64,000 bases of DNA, taken from assembly GCA_040954595.2 (NCBI GenBank), contig CM082593.2, forward strand, positions 2,745,434-2,809,433, given 5' to 3'. Positions 11,335 through 23,400 of the stretch are shown piece after piece. This DNA is from Balanoglossus misakiensis. Its lineage: Eukaryota > Animalia > Hemichordata. The notes under the pieces are model-generated. The model worked only from the letters and a program-made list of their open reading frames with translations. It was not told where the DNA came from and did no database searches. Numbering within the stretch: position 1 is the stretch's first letter; the number at the start of each line of letters is the position of its first letter. The translations under genes and the position numbers were made by a program.

Positions 11335-14300
11335 ATGAGTGATTTCATCAAATCGATGGAGCTGGACCTGGACATTGGCCCTGGCCAAGCTGTTGCCATA
11401 GCAACCCTCGCCGCAGCAGTTGTCTATTACATGGCCACAAGACCCAAACCTGTCAAGCCACCGTTTGACATCAGACACCAGTCAATTATTCTGCCGGTAA
11501 GTATAAATTTCTAATGTATCACGTCTTCATATAATTTTGAGTGTGACAACAGAAAACCTCAGTTAAATTTGCATGCATGGCAAAGAACATTTCCATGTGG
11601 GAGGGGAAAACAGAAGTTCCATCTGGAAAATAGTCATTGGATGATATCAAAATTGTCTCTTTCAGGGTCCGGATCAGGTTCATATGAGTCCTTTCTGTAA
11701 AGATGGCAAAGTGATTAACGAATTCTTTGAGGGTGTTACTACACTTTACGAGGGTTTCCAACGTGGCATTCGAGAATCAGGTGGGTGATTTGTTAATCTA
11801 AGATATATATCATATCATGAGATATGATGTGATGTGTGACATGGTGTATATAATCATTTCATGAATGGTTCCTCGATATATACATACATATGAAAAATGG
11901 GGTATCTGCAGAACTGTAAAAAGGTACTGGGATATATAGGTTGTTGTGATTCATAATGGAATGCATTGTGGCCAGGGTGGTGTTTTATTGCCCTATAAAT
12001 AGTCTATGGAAAATTGTGTGCAAATATAGAAACTTCAAACTGCTGTGTGTATCATTTGTATTCATGTCCTAAAAGTGTTCTTTGTCTAGATATTTTTACT
12101 TTGTGTTTTCTGTTAGGTGGTGGACCATGTTTGGGAACCAGACCGGCACCTGGAAAACCCTATGAATGGATTTCTTACAAAGAAGTGAGTACACATTCCA
12201 TCACATCTACCGGTAGTATCACTTTCGACACCAAAGTCAAACTCTCATTTTTCACAAAATTAACTGACACAACTTTTTCCACATTTTATCTAAGTTTTGA
12301 TCAAGAACTGTAAGCATTAGAACATAATGTCTACTTGGTCCAAAATTAGTGGAAAAATTAGAGAAGAACTGCACAAAAATGAGAAAATGTTTCCACAGGA
12401 TTGTGGTGTTCAAAGGGTTAATGAAGTAAGTTTGATATTTGCCAACTACAGGTAGAGCAGCGTGCTGCCAACATAGGATCAGCCCTCATACACAAAGGAT
12501 GTGAAGCGTCACCCAACAGTATGATTGGCATTTATTCAAAAAATAGAACAGAGGTGAGTGCGAGATAGTTTTAAAGAACTTCGTAGAGTTTCCTTATGTT
12601 CCTGTAACCAATTACTAATGACTCAACTGCAGTAAATCATTGCAACTGATTCTCTTGGTTCATGTATTTCCTACACAGTGGGTGATCATGGAACAAGCTT
12701 GCAACATGTTCTCAATGGTTGTAGTACCGCTGTATGACACACTGGGACCTGAAGCATGTACATACATTATCAACAAATGTAAGTTCAAACTTTAACTTTA
12801 TTTTTGGTGAATAAATGATCAAAGTATAAACACTTCGTGGTTTCTTGGAAACAAGATCTAGTTTCAAATTTTCTGCCCTGGTTGTGGTTTCAGACGAGTT
12901 ATTTCCATCCATTTCACTTTGCTTTGTAGCGGACATCAAATATGCATTGGTAGAAAAAGCCACACAAATCAAGACGATCATAGACCACGCTAGCAAGACA
13001 CCACATCTGAAGTGTATCATAGCAATTGAGAAAGTGCCCGAGGAGTACAAAGAAATGGCGGCCGGGGTTGGCCTGGAAATCATACCATTTGCCGAAATGG
13101 AGGTTTGTTTTCATTTCGTCTTCCAAAGCCCTGATTTTTACCTGTGAATTATTAATTTTATACAAATGGATTAAGTGATAATTAATTTTATTATTTCGGT
13201 TTGCTTGATAGGCTCTGGGACAAGACTATCCTCATGAACCTGTGGTAAGTCTCATCAATCTGTGTCATGTTACTAGAAATATTATAAATCACTGAAACAT
13301 CTAGATATGTTAGCGTCATGTAGTTAAAATAAAACACCAGCTTGTGACCAAGTACCTATTATATTACCTATTATATCAAACTTATGATGAAATATTTACA
13401 TTTTCAATGTTCTTTTTTACAGCCTCCAGAACCTGATTATCTTGCAACAGTGTGTTACACTAGTGGCACGACAGGTAAATTTTACGTAAAACATTCATTG
13501 GTATAGAGAAGATTTGGCAAAATCTAAATACATTTGACAACCATAAATGTGTGAAATAGACTACATGTATGTATGAAGGATTATCCGACTCTGAGTTCAG
13601 TATCTTGAAATCCAGAAATGGCTTTTTACTTCACATCTTCAATATCAGATTTCTTAGACTGAGAGACGAGCAATCATTTGTTAAAACTGTGAGCTGAATG
13701 TGCTATCACACCGCAGTTACAACACAGAATTGTAAATTCTTGCTTTAAAAACAAACTGGCAGAGAAAAAGCCCATGTCATTCCACCAAAAAAAACTGTCT
13801 GTTGATTCATTAGCCTTCATATCATGACATTGCAGCTGTATACATATTTTGATTACAGGCACTCCTAAAGGCGGCGCGTTAACGCACAGAAACATAATAG
13901 AAAACGCATCATCAATATGTTTTCAATGGAAGGTTTGTGATTGGCCAGTTGTGTCATCCCATCTAGCCTGTTCTGGCAGCCATCTTAGAACCTCTTTGGG
14001 TCAAAGGTCATTCGTAGCCACACGAGTGATGTCATCGCAGAGGCGCGGGTTTCACAAATGCTTAGAAATTTCACACCAGCTCAAAATAGGCTCTTGTGGA
14101 AATGAGTTGTATGTGAAAGATTTGAAAAGGAGAGATCTTTGTTGATTTCTGCACCTGTGACCCCATTTTGATGGAATGTGATATTTTTCACGCACATTTG
14201 TGAAACCCATTGCACTCTGCTGTTGTCTAGGTGTATTTCCTTCTCTATGCATGTGAACAGTTCATTGCTTTCAGTCGTCCGACTTACCCAGTTGCTGCAA

Positions 14301-17300
14301 CTCGCCCAGTTCCCACCTCCCACAGTAACCATGACAACATCCACATTTTCTCTATTAACCCAGGGATAGGTCTCAAGGTCTTGTCTGGCTGTTACTAGTT
14401 AAACATCATCCAAGACAACCCCATGTTAAACCACACCTGGAAAAATATCTCTTTATATAAAGTAATTCTTAACAGGGTTTTCGCTTTTTTGAAGTTAATC
14501 GTGCTATACTTAATTCTTCAGTTCAGCTTACTTGTACAGCTATAGGGGCTAAAACACCCTCTGTTGACAGTTGGAGTCGATAGACAGCTTTTTCTCCCTG
14601 CAAGTGTAGTCTTGAAAACAGTACAGACTTTCAGATTTACTAGCTCTCACTTTGCAAAACTGACTCCAATTCGACCCATATCGCACCTGTAGTTATGGTT
14701 CAATTTACAACCCTGAATATTCAACTGTTTCGAAGCTGCTTTTATGTTTTTGAAAATGGACCTTCAATTCTGTGTTGTGACAACATTTTCTCATTTTTGC
14801 CTAGCAATATTTTCATATTTTTATATTACCCACAGAAAAAATCAAAGCAAAATTTTTGCCACTGCAAATGTATAAGTCAGCAGATGTTACACATCCAATG
14901 TAAAATAGACGTCATGGGTTATAGATTTCTATGGAATGGGACATGTAACCGATTTATTTTCTTTTTCACAATACATACACTTGTCTTCTCTCATCCTTAT
15001 CATTTTATAGGTGCTCCTAAAGGAGTCTGTTTGTCCCATAGCAACATTGTTGCCATGGCATCAGCCTTAGGTGTCCTTGCCGAGGTAATCCACAAACCAG
15101 TCATGCTAAAATAATTCTCATCTTTTATCCTGCTTGTTCTTTTAAAATAATATTTGTTTAACTGCGAGTCTAAAGCCTGAAATATTAAACTTTCATAGAT
15201 TAATGCTAATTGCACTAACCTGGACTAAAGTGTGTGACCCTGTTGGGTGCAGTTGTATTAATTGGGGGTAGTGTTTGACGCTTTTTTGTCAACCCTGCAG
15301 TAATATCATGCATGCAGTGTTGCTAGGCTGGTTTTGTTGCACCTTAGCTGTGAAGCACTGCAGTTTTGTATGTATCCAAACTTTTGATGGCCACATTTAA
15401 AATGGCAGAAAAAATATCATGCAGGATTTGCAGGATTTACAAAAATGTTTGTCAGATATTACCACTGGATTACACTCTGAAGGCAACAGTGTTGACTTTG
15501 CATGAGGGAAAAAAGGTCTTCTTTCTGGTAACTGCTGTCTGTGGCATTTGTAGTGAATTTGTTGATTGTATTGTGTCTCTTGTGTAGTGTAGCTATATTT
15601 GCAGTCTTTGATCATAAAGACATCTGAAAACAATGACTACCGGTATATCTCATTATATAATTCATTTGTCATATGAGTTAGTTCATTTGATCGTGGTCCG
15701 TGTTCTTGTATGTGTGTGTCTTGAATGATGTGTGTCTCAGTTTATCAGACTTCTATGTTGCTTTCTTTCCTGACAGAATATCGTGAAGATTGGCCCTGAT
15801 GATGTACACATGTCTTACCTTCCACTGGCCCACATGTTTGAACGCATGGCTCAGGTGAGTGAGTTGTAACTGTATTTTGCGGATCTGCATGTGAAGCTGT
15901 AAAGAATAACATAGACACGCATGCATATTATGCACTCCAACACCCGTATAATCATCCAAGTACTCACACATTTTCCAGAAGATCTCCTGATGTTGTTATG
16001 TATCCAGACACCTATTACGGTAATTAATCATGATTATTTTTTCCTTCCAGGCCTGGTATTTCACGGTAGGATCTAAGATAGGATTCTTCCAAGGTGATGT
16101 CAAATTATTGATGGACGATTTAAAAGAATTAAAGCCCACTGTCTTCGTATCTGTGCCTAGGTTACTTAACAGAGTCTATGATAAGGTGAGACAGAGGCTT
16201 AATCCAGGAGGAATATATAGTACATTAATAGGCAGAAATGTGACAACCCAGCTATGTTGAGAGGCTTTCATTTTCATGTTCTGGTCAACGAGATGCTAAA
16301 CACCATTTTCATATCATTACAGATAATGTCCAATGTAAATGGTGCTAATTTCATTGCAAGATCACTTTTCAAAACTGCTTTGTACATGAAGAAACGGGAA
16401 CTGGACAGGTGAATTAATATTTTCATTCTTGCACAGTTGTAATTGTATGTAGTTTTACATAAAGAGCTAATTTAAGAGCCCTTGTACAGGGGCACTAAAG
16501 GTATACACTGTCAACTATAATGACGTTAGGATAATAAATGTCTTGTTTGTCTGATAGTTTTGAGTAAAAGATGATATTATGAAATCTTTTTCAGAGGCAT
16601 TGTGAGAAATGACAGTATATGGGATACCCTTGTGTTTAAAAAGATTCAGGTGAGTGCCATAACTTTACTTGATGTTTATGGAGTCAAAAAGTAAAAATAA
16701 GAAATGCCAAAAGATGATGTGAATGTATAAGTTATATGCAACTTGTTACGATGGTCAAATATTGAATGATTTTGAACAAAATGGTACTGAATGTGACTTT
16801 TTCTGACATGCAGGCATCGCTTGGAGGGAGAGTGAAGGTCATTATCTCAGGTGCTGCTCCTCTGTCTTCAGAAATCATGTCTTTTCTAAGATGTTGTTTT
16901 GGATGCTCGGTAAGTTCTGTTCATTTGTTCATTCCTCCCTTCCTTTATTCATTCATTCCTTTGTTCTCTTGTGATGTTAACATCATGGAATTGTGTACAG
17001 GGTTCGATACAAAAGGTTGAGAATCGTGAAAAATAGATTTGATGAATATGCAACATATGGTATTTTGATATGCAGGTCTTTGAAGGTTACGGTCAAACAG
17101 AAGCGGGTGCAGCCATCACCTTGACGATACCCGGTGATAATACTGTCGGCCATGTTGGAAGTCCTGTTGCCTGTAATCAGGTCAAATTAGTGGACGTAGC
17201 AGAAATGCAGTATTTTGCCCGGAACAATCAAGGAGAGGTATGTTCGGCCATTTTGAATTTCAAACTGTTGTCCCATTTCTATTCGTCTGTATACAGATGG

Positions 17301-19232
17301 GATTTGTCACAACTGCACACTAACCTACTTCATCTCCTTTCCCCCCTGTTCAGATTTGTGCCAAAGGTTCAAACATTTTCTCAGGCTACTTCGGTGATCC
17401 CGAGAAGACAGCTGAGGCTCTGGACGACGACGGCTGGCTGCATACAGGAGACATCGGAGAATGGTTACCAGTAAGTTCCATGTTATTGCATTCCTACATG
17501 GTCTGTGCACTCGCCTATTATCTCTATGAAATTTGACACTTCACATATTAGAAATACATTTACAACTGTTTTGAACAAAATCGGAAACGAGATTAGAACA
17601 AGAGATATCATACCAAAGAAAGAAGTGTGATCATGCGACTTTCGGAGTTACAAGCTATCATTTCTCTTTTTTTTCAGAGTGGCACTTTGAAGATCATTGA
17701 CAGAAAGAAGAACATCTTCAAACTTGCTCAGGGTGAATACATTGCACCAGAAAAAGTTGAGAATATCTACGTACGTAGTCAGTTTGTAGCACAAGTCTTT
17801 GTGCATGGAGATAGCCTAAAGGTTTGTACTCTACTGTCTACATATTCAATATATTTGTTTATAAATTCACCGTTTTCTATGGTCACGTTGAACAGCTACA
17901 AAGGGGTGAAATTTACAGAAAAATAAAAAACTGTGAGCAATGTGACCTCTAAGCCCATATGACGTGCCACTGACTCCAACAAACTCACTGCAGACTCAAG
18001 AAAATTTTCCACACTACCTGCAAAGGTATAGGGGCTGACTCGAAATGTTTAGAATCCTCAAATTGACTCGAAACTTTCAGAAAATATGTTTGTTAGAAGG
18101 CACACTGACTGTGAGCACTTTTCATTTCTTTCTGTAGTCGAGTATCGTAGGAGTAGTTGTACCAGATCCGGAAACGTTACCTAGGCTGGCCGAGTCGCTG
18201 GGAATCTCGGGAACCTTTGAGGAACTTTGCATAAACAAGGTAAGTTGATTAATTATGTACAGTGCCCCCCACCCCCCTCCCCCACAGAGCTGTGCCCCAG
18301 GAAATCTTTGTTTAGTTGCGGCGAACACTATTACACCCACGTACAACCAGCTCAGTTGTGTATAGTCATCTTGAAGGGACAGTCTCTCTTTTTCTGCCCT
18401 TACTACAAGACACTGTTATTTGACGTTTTGAAAGGTTACATAGTGAATGAACGTTCGACCATACAAACTTCCATCCCACATCTCACAGACGCGAAAATGA
18501 ATATTACGGTCTCGAGCGTGTGCTTCAGGTCTTGCTAATGTGTGTAAACGCGATACCCACAACTCACTGCATTGGCACAAAAATGAAAACAAGCCTGTAA
18601 AGGTCACATAAACCATTTTTCGGAAATTCAACGTTGGAATGAAATCAAACGCGGCATCGGGTCGCAAAGGTCCTGACCGACTGGTAAGTATATATGCACT
18701 CAGATTCTGTGATTTGTTCTAAAATATTTCTTAATTTAAGAACTTCATCTTCATGGAATTCTAAAAGAAAAGAAATCTGTTTTTTAGGATATCAAAGCAG
18801 CCATATTGGAAGACATGAACAAGCTTGGGAAAGAAGCTGGGCTTTACTCCTTTGAACAGGTACATTGTCTGTCACAGATGTGTGTGTGTGTGTAAGAATG
18901 AAAATATATGTGATTGATGACATAAATGCAAGGGTTTACTTGTATGCTAACTGATCAAATCAAATGAACATTTTCACCAAAAGAGAAAGGAAAGGCCATG
19001 ATGATGAGAATACAATCTGCTGTCGCACAAACAAGAGACTGAGTCCATCTGAAGTTGGAATGACTGACGGTAATAAATATTATTTTTTTTGCAGGTGAAG
19101 GACATCCATGTACAAAGTGAACAGTGTAGTGTGGAGAATGGTTTGATGACCCCAACCTTCAAATACAAGAGAGCTGATATGAAAACTCACTTTGCCAAAC
19201 AAATTCAAGAAATGTATGGCAGATTGGCATGA
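11335..19232 (+). CDS. ACSL1: Long-chain-fatty-acid--CoA ligase, ACSL1/5/6 family (687 aa from the ATG at 11335, 20 coding exons per isoform)
   Basis: GT-AG exons with consistent phases: 11335-11496, 11666-11780, 12117-12184, 12452-12553, 12679-12778, 12930-13102, 13212-13244, 13423-13474, [13859-13932 or 15011-15084], 15777-15854, 16051-16185, 16323-16408, 16595-16649, 16814-16909, 17076-17237, 17354-17470, 17678-17821, 18138-18239, 18788-18859, 19095-19232. Total 2064 nt including TGA. Motifs: N-terminal hydrophobic anchor, YTSGTTGxPKG P-loop, [11 protein letters not shown] gate, [40 protein letters not shown]. The symbol denotes the family (probably co-orthologous to ACSL1/5/6). Confidence 0.95.
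13859..13932 (+). CDS. ACSL alternative coding exon 9A ([25 protein letters not shown])
   Basis: TTACAG| acceptor and AAG|GTTTGT donor. 74 nt, phase 1 in and phase 0 out, completing the P-loop. Confidence 0.88.
14037..14220 (+). other. Long intronic RNA hairpin (~185 nt)
   Basis: Stacked helices: 14037-42:14215-20; a perfect 14-bp helix 14047-60:14195-208; 14064-75:14177-88; 14081-87:14165-71; 14095-103:14145-53; 14116-23:14133-40. Confidence 0.75.
15011..15084 (+). CDS. ACSL alternative coding exon 9B ([25 protein letters not shown])
   Basis: TTTTATAG| acceptor and GAG|GTAATC donor. 74 nt, same phases as 9A, and paralogous to it. Confidence 0.88.
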
Positions 19233-19898
19233 TGTGTGTTGGCATGCATTCATTCAGTGGAAAAATGTGAATATGAATTACTAACTCCAAATATGGACAT
19301 CATTGCCTTAAGAGGAAATGCCTTGTTGCACATGGGTACATGTTTCATGGTGATACCTAAATGAATTGCTCAGTGTGCAGTGACCAAATTAAAAAAACAC
19401 TTTCATACATGCACTGATGAAATATAATTAGATGTATAATTTTTTGGACAAAATAACATATCCCGGTGTCTGCACAGAATTTACCTTACTGGAACAATTT
19501 ATCTTTAAATACTTTTTGTACTTGGACTATTTCAAATCATGTCGAAAAAATAGAAATTAGGAGAAAATGAAAACTGATGTAAAATCAAGGTTATGGAATA
19601 ATTGTCATTGAACTATCAGGTTTAGTTTTGCATGCAAAAGTATGTAAGAAATGGATTCTTCACTGAGGTTGTAACTTTTGCATAGCAACTATCAAAATAT
19701 AACAAGCATATTAACAAAGAATGATATTTGAACCAACACATTTGATTTTTTTGTACAGTTCAAACCAGTACGCCAGGATGTATTTATCAAGATGTTTGCA
19801 AACAGGGTTATGCAGTTTTTTTGTCTCACAAGTTTTCAAAAATCCGGGAGGCAGTTGGGAAAGACAAGACACTTTGTAGGAATATATTCATATTGATA

Positions 19899-19904
19899 TT
19901 TATT
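19899..19904 (-). terminator. Candidate polyadenylation signal of LAMTOR3
   Basis: TTTATT on + is AATAAA on -, ~550 nt past the LAMTOR3 stop. A minus-strand ATTAAA variant is also present at ~20335. Confidence 0.35.
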
Positions 19905-20449
19905 CTTATATTCATGTTTTGAAAGAACACCATGACAGACTTTAGAAAAGTATACATATGTCAAAGAAATGAATATACATATATTGAGGTAATCACAAAA
20001 CAAACGAACCTTGGGGATGTTTTTTCCTATGCATTTAAAGAGGTGTCACCCCCGAAAACAAATGCTGAAACCCTTCAATGGCCTCCACACCCTCCCTCCC
20101 CCATAAACATGAACTCTCTCATAAAATCAAATTGTTTCCTCCTCAGCCTCTGGCTTTACCAGAAAAGAAATGTGGTTGCTATAAAACGACTCCAGTTAAA
20201 ATATAACTTACAAAAAATACTCAAATGTCACATGGGGTATACTAATTGTACATCTTGTACACTGTGAAAGACAGTTATGAATATACTAAGTAAATGTATG
20301 ATTGATAATTTTCAAATACATTTGATGTTGAGTCTTTAATTTTGGTAGATTAACAAATTGACTTTCTCGTAATAATTTGATACATAAGTACAGACAAGAT
20401 AAATCCTTCCTTCACAACAGTGTTTACAAGCGGACATCACCCCTGTTTT

Positions 20450-23400
20450 CTATGCAACATCAATGGCAGTTTTCAAATCTTGTAAAACTTCATCGAAGTC
20501 TTCTTCTATATTGAGAAGTACTCCTGAAAGAAAAGGAAAAAAAATAGTCAACTCCAGGAGAGATCTTTTGATTTCTCAGTGCAGTATAGAGCGCCCCCAC
20601 AAGGTCACACATGAAGCAAACGTGTGAGCCATTTCCTTCCTTCTCTCAGTCTCTAACTCCGAAACCTGTTGCAGTAAACAGAATCAATGGCCAGTGACTG
20701 CTAAACAGGACACCTCAAAAGGTTATTTATCTCCTTGTCAAAAACAACACTGATAGCTTGATGCCCTATTATTAAAGTTGAACCCACTTAATTTGCCTAT
20801 TCAAAACACAAAAGCCTAGCACAGAGGTTGAGCATATGCAAACTCTTTACTGGTTCAATACCTCTTTTTAATTCCCACTGCCATGTCTTGTAGTGCACAC
20901 TTGTTCCGCTTGCCCAAGCTCTGGAGTTTGTTTTTGAAATGCCGATTGATTAGCACGACTAATTAACAGAGTGGACAATAGTAGAGATGGCCAGAGTGAC
21001 AGTAAATGGATCTTTAAAGTCCTGTACTTAAGATGACCACGTAACTCTGACATTTATGGAGTGTTCTCATTGAATGAGAGAGAACAGAGCTGATCATGTC
21101 CTTTGCTGTGAATTGTCTATATGGTCTGTGTTGTTGATCAGAGACTGTAATTAGCTGTCATTATACAAGAGCCATACATTCAGCAAACTGAATGGCAATC
21201 TGGCTGTTTATTTCACTGGCTGACAGTACCCCCTTCTCTCCTTTTCCCCCCAATTGATGCCTGTGTACTGGTTGATAGCTGACAACTTGACAAGCCAATT
21301 ATCAAATAGTAAACACTCGCTTTTAATTAACATCAACCAATCAACTGGGGCAAGCTAATCTAGTGGTATCTATGATGGGGACTGATTAATTAGTCCCAAT
21401 GGATGAGGACCTGTAGAGGGGCTTGCAGAGAGCTTTCAGTATGAGCTGACAAGTGTGCATGTGTGTGCATGCATTGATGCATGCGTGCATACATGCTTTT
21501 CCTGCATACAGTGACAAACAAAACATATCCCTGTCTTAGTGTCTATACTGAATATATGCTGCAGGAGAGAAGCCATCTTTCCATTTGGAATCGTTCCATT
21601 TTCCCATGAAGGCAAAGTTGCATCAACCCGTGTACCTTAGTTCTTCGCACAAAAGGAAAAATGCACAATCTTCAAAATCTTTGGTCACATTTTAGTCAAA
21701 GGGTTAGAGAGAGTAATCTCAGGTTGAAAAGGCTAACAACTTTCCCAGCTGGGCAGAATATAATCGTCTGTGAAAATGAAAAATTCATCACAACTGAAAT
21801 TCAAACATACAGAGCTAGTGACCTGTGACGAGACAAGTCACCACTCTTGGAGTTTAATTTTGCTTTTGACACAGAGATGTAAAATCAAGCTGTTCCGGAC
21901 ACTGCTGTTCCTATTTTAGCAGGAAATTTCTTGTCCTTTCACGCTTTCATTATAGCCAGAACTTTCAACAAAACACTGACTGCATGTACACATACAAACT
22001 GATAATTAACAGTTTTGATACAAAAAAATAACGGCATTAGCTTTATTGTCAACAGCGGTCATGCGTTAAAATTCCAAAACCTGCAAGAGATCTTCCAGGT
22101 ACAAATGCAAATTCCACAGCTGTGAAAGATTTGGGAATAACTGCACATTCCTTTTATTTTTCCATGAACATGTGCAGCGGACTCACTTACCAGTGTTTGT
22201 ATGGCTATCCGCTATCAAACTCACAACCAAAGGCAATTTATTAAACTGCACGACCTGTCAAAATATAAACAGAAACGATATAAGGTTAAAAATATTACAC
22301 TGGACTAATAAAAACCATGATACATAACTCTATTCTGACAGCTTATAAGCTACTTAGGAGTAATTTATTGTGTCTCTAGGGACCCTGTCGACTTAATATT
22401 AGTTGAGTTTAACCAGATTTTTTTTCTCATAAGCTATCTGGGTGTATCCTTCCTACCGCCCTCACACATTCAAATTCTAGGCAACTTTGCCGTCTCATTA
22501 AAAAATTTGCGCGGTAAGCTCCAATCTTTATTCTCGGTTTAGGAGAGAAATATTTAAAGTAGCCTTGAGCTAAATATGTGAAAACGTTCGCTGCTTTGAC
22601 TTTCCCCAGACCCACTTTGGGTGGCCATCTTGGTAGCTTGTTTTAGGTCTTGGAAGCAGAGACAAATCGATCCTGTAATTCCGTAGAATGTAACGCATGT
22701 TGATGGTAACCAAATGGTGTTTTGGGGAGTTTCAACCTGCCCTGCCTTGTGATATATACATTAACATAGTAACCTCACAGTGTCTTTATAATACGACTGT
22801 TGCTACGGAGGTCGTCATGGCGCTGCATCACCATTAATTTTTCATGGTATGCACCGATCTAAACTGAAATGAGCTCAGGAAATACTGGTTCATGCACAGT
22901 CATCTTTAAAAAAAAAAATCTGGATCTTCTATGTATTCTGTGCAGATTTGTTTACTCGTGAAATGTCTGTTCACGAGAAGTTCAGCTATATCAGTTGCAG
23001 GGTTACTTTATTTATCCCCTGTATGTACTGCTGCTGTGGTCACCGAGAGGTCATTGGACCACGGTGTAGACATGGAAATTCAGGCCTGAGAATCACAACC
23101 GTGACACTGCTGTTTTGTCCATCGCTGGTGACGGCCGAGCCCCAAGAGAGGACGGTGGATCTGTCTTCACCCACATGCAAAGACAATCACCGTGTTTTAT
23201 GAGAAAAGCAGAAAACTTGTCGCTGACACCAATAATGACCTCTCGGGAGAATCAGCTGATAAATTTTGTCAGACTGACTTCAGTCGCCCAGGTCTGTTGA
23301 TCCTGACGACTTTGAAACAAAAGACTCATTTTGAGATGATTTATTTATGAACTGAACTCTCGATAAGTGCACTGAACTTTGGGAGATGAGACTGTATCGC

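Noticed and set aside
15971-16025. Possible decayed second gate exon (TTCCAG|AAGATCTCCTGATGTTGTTATG)
   Set aside because: There is only faint similarity to the start of exon 10, an immediate in-frame TGA, and no LPLAH motif.
19230-19364. Stop-codon readthrough extension of ACSL
   Set aside because: The context is TGA-TGT rather than TGA-CTA, and the extension ends without a PTS1-like signal.
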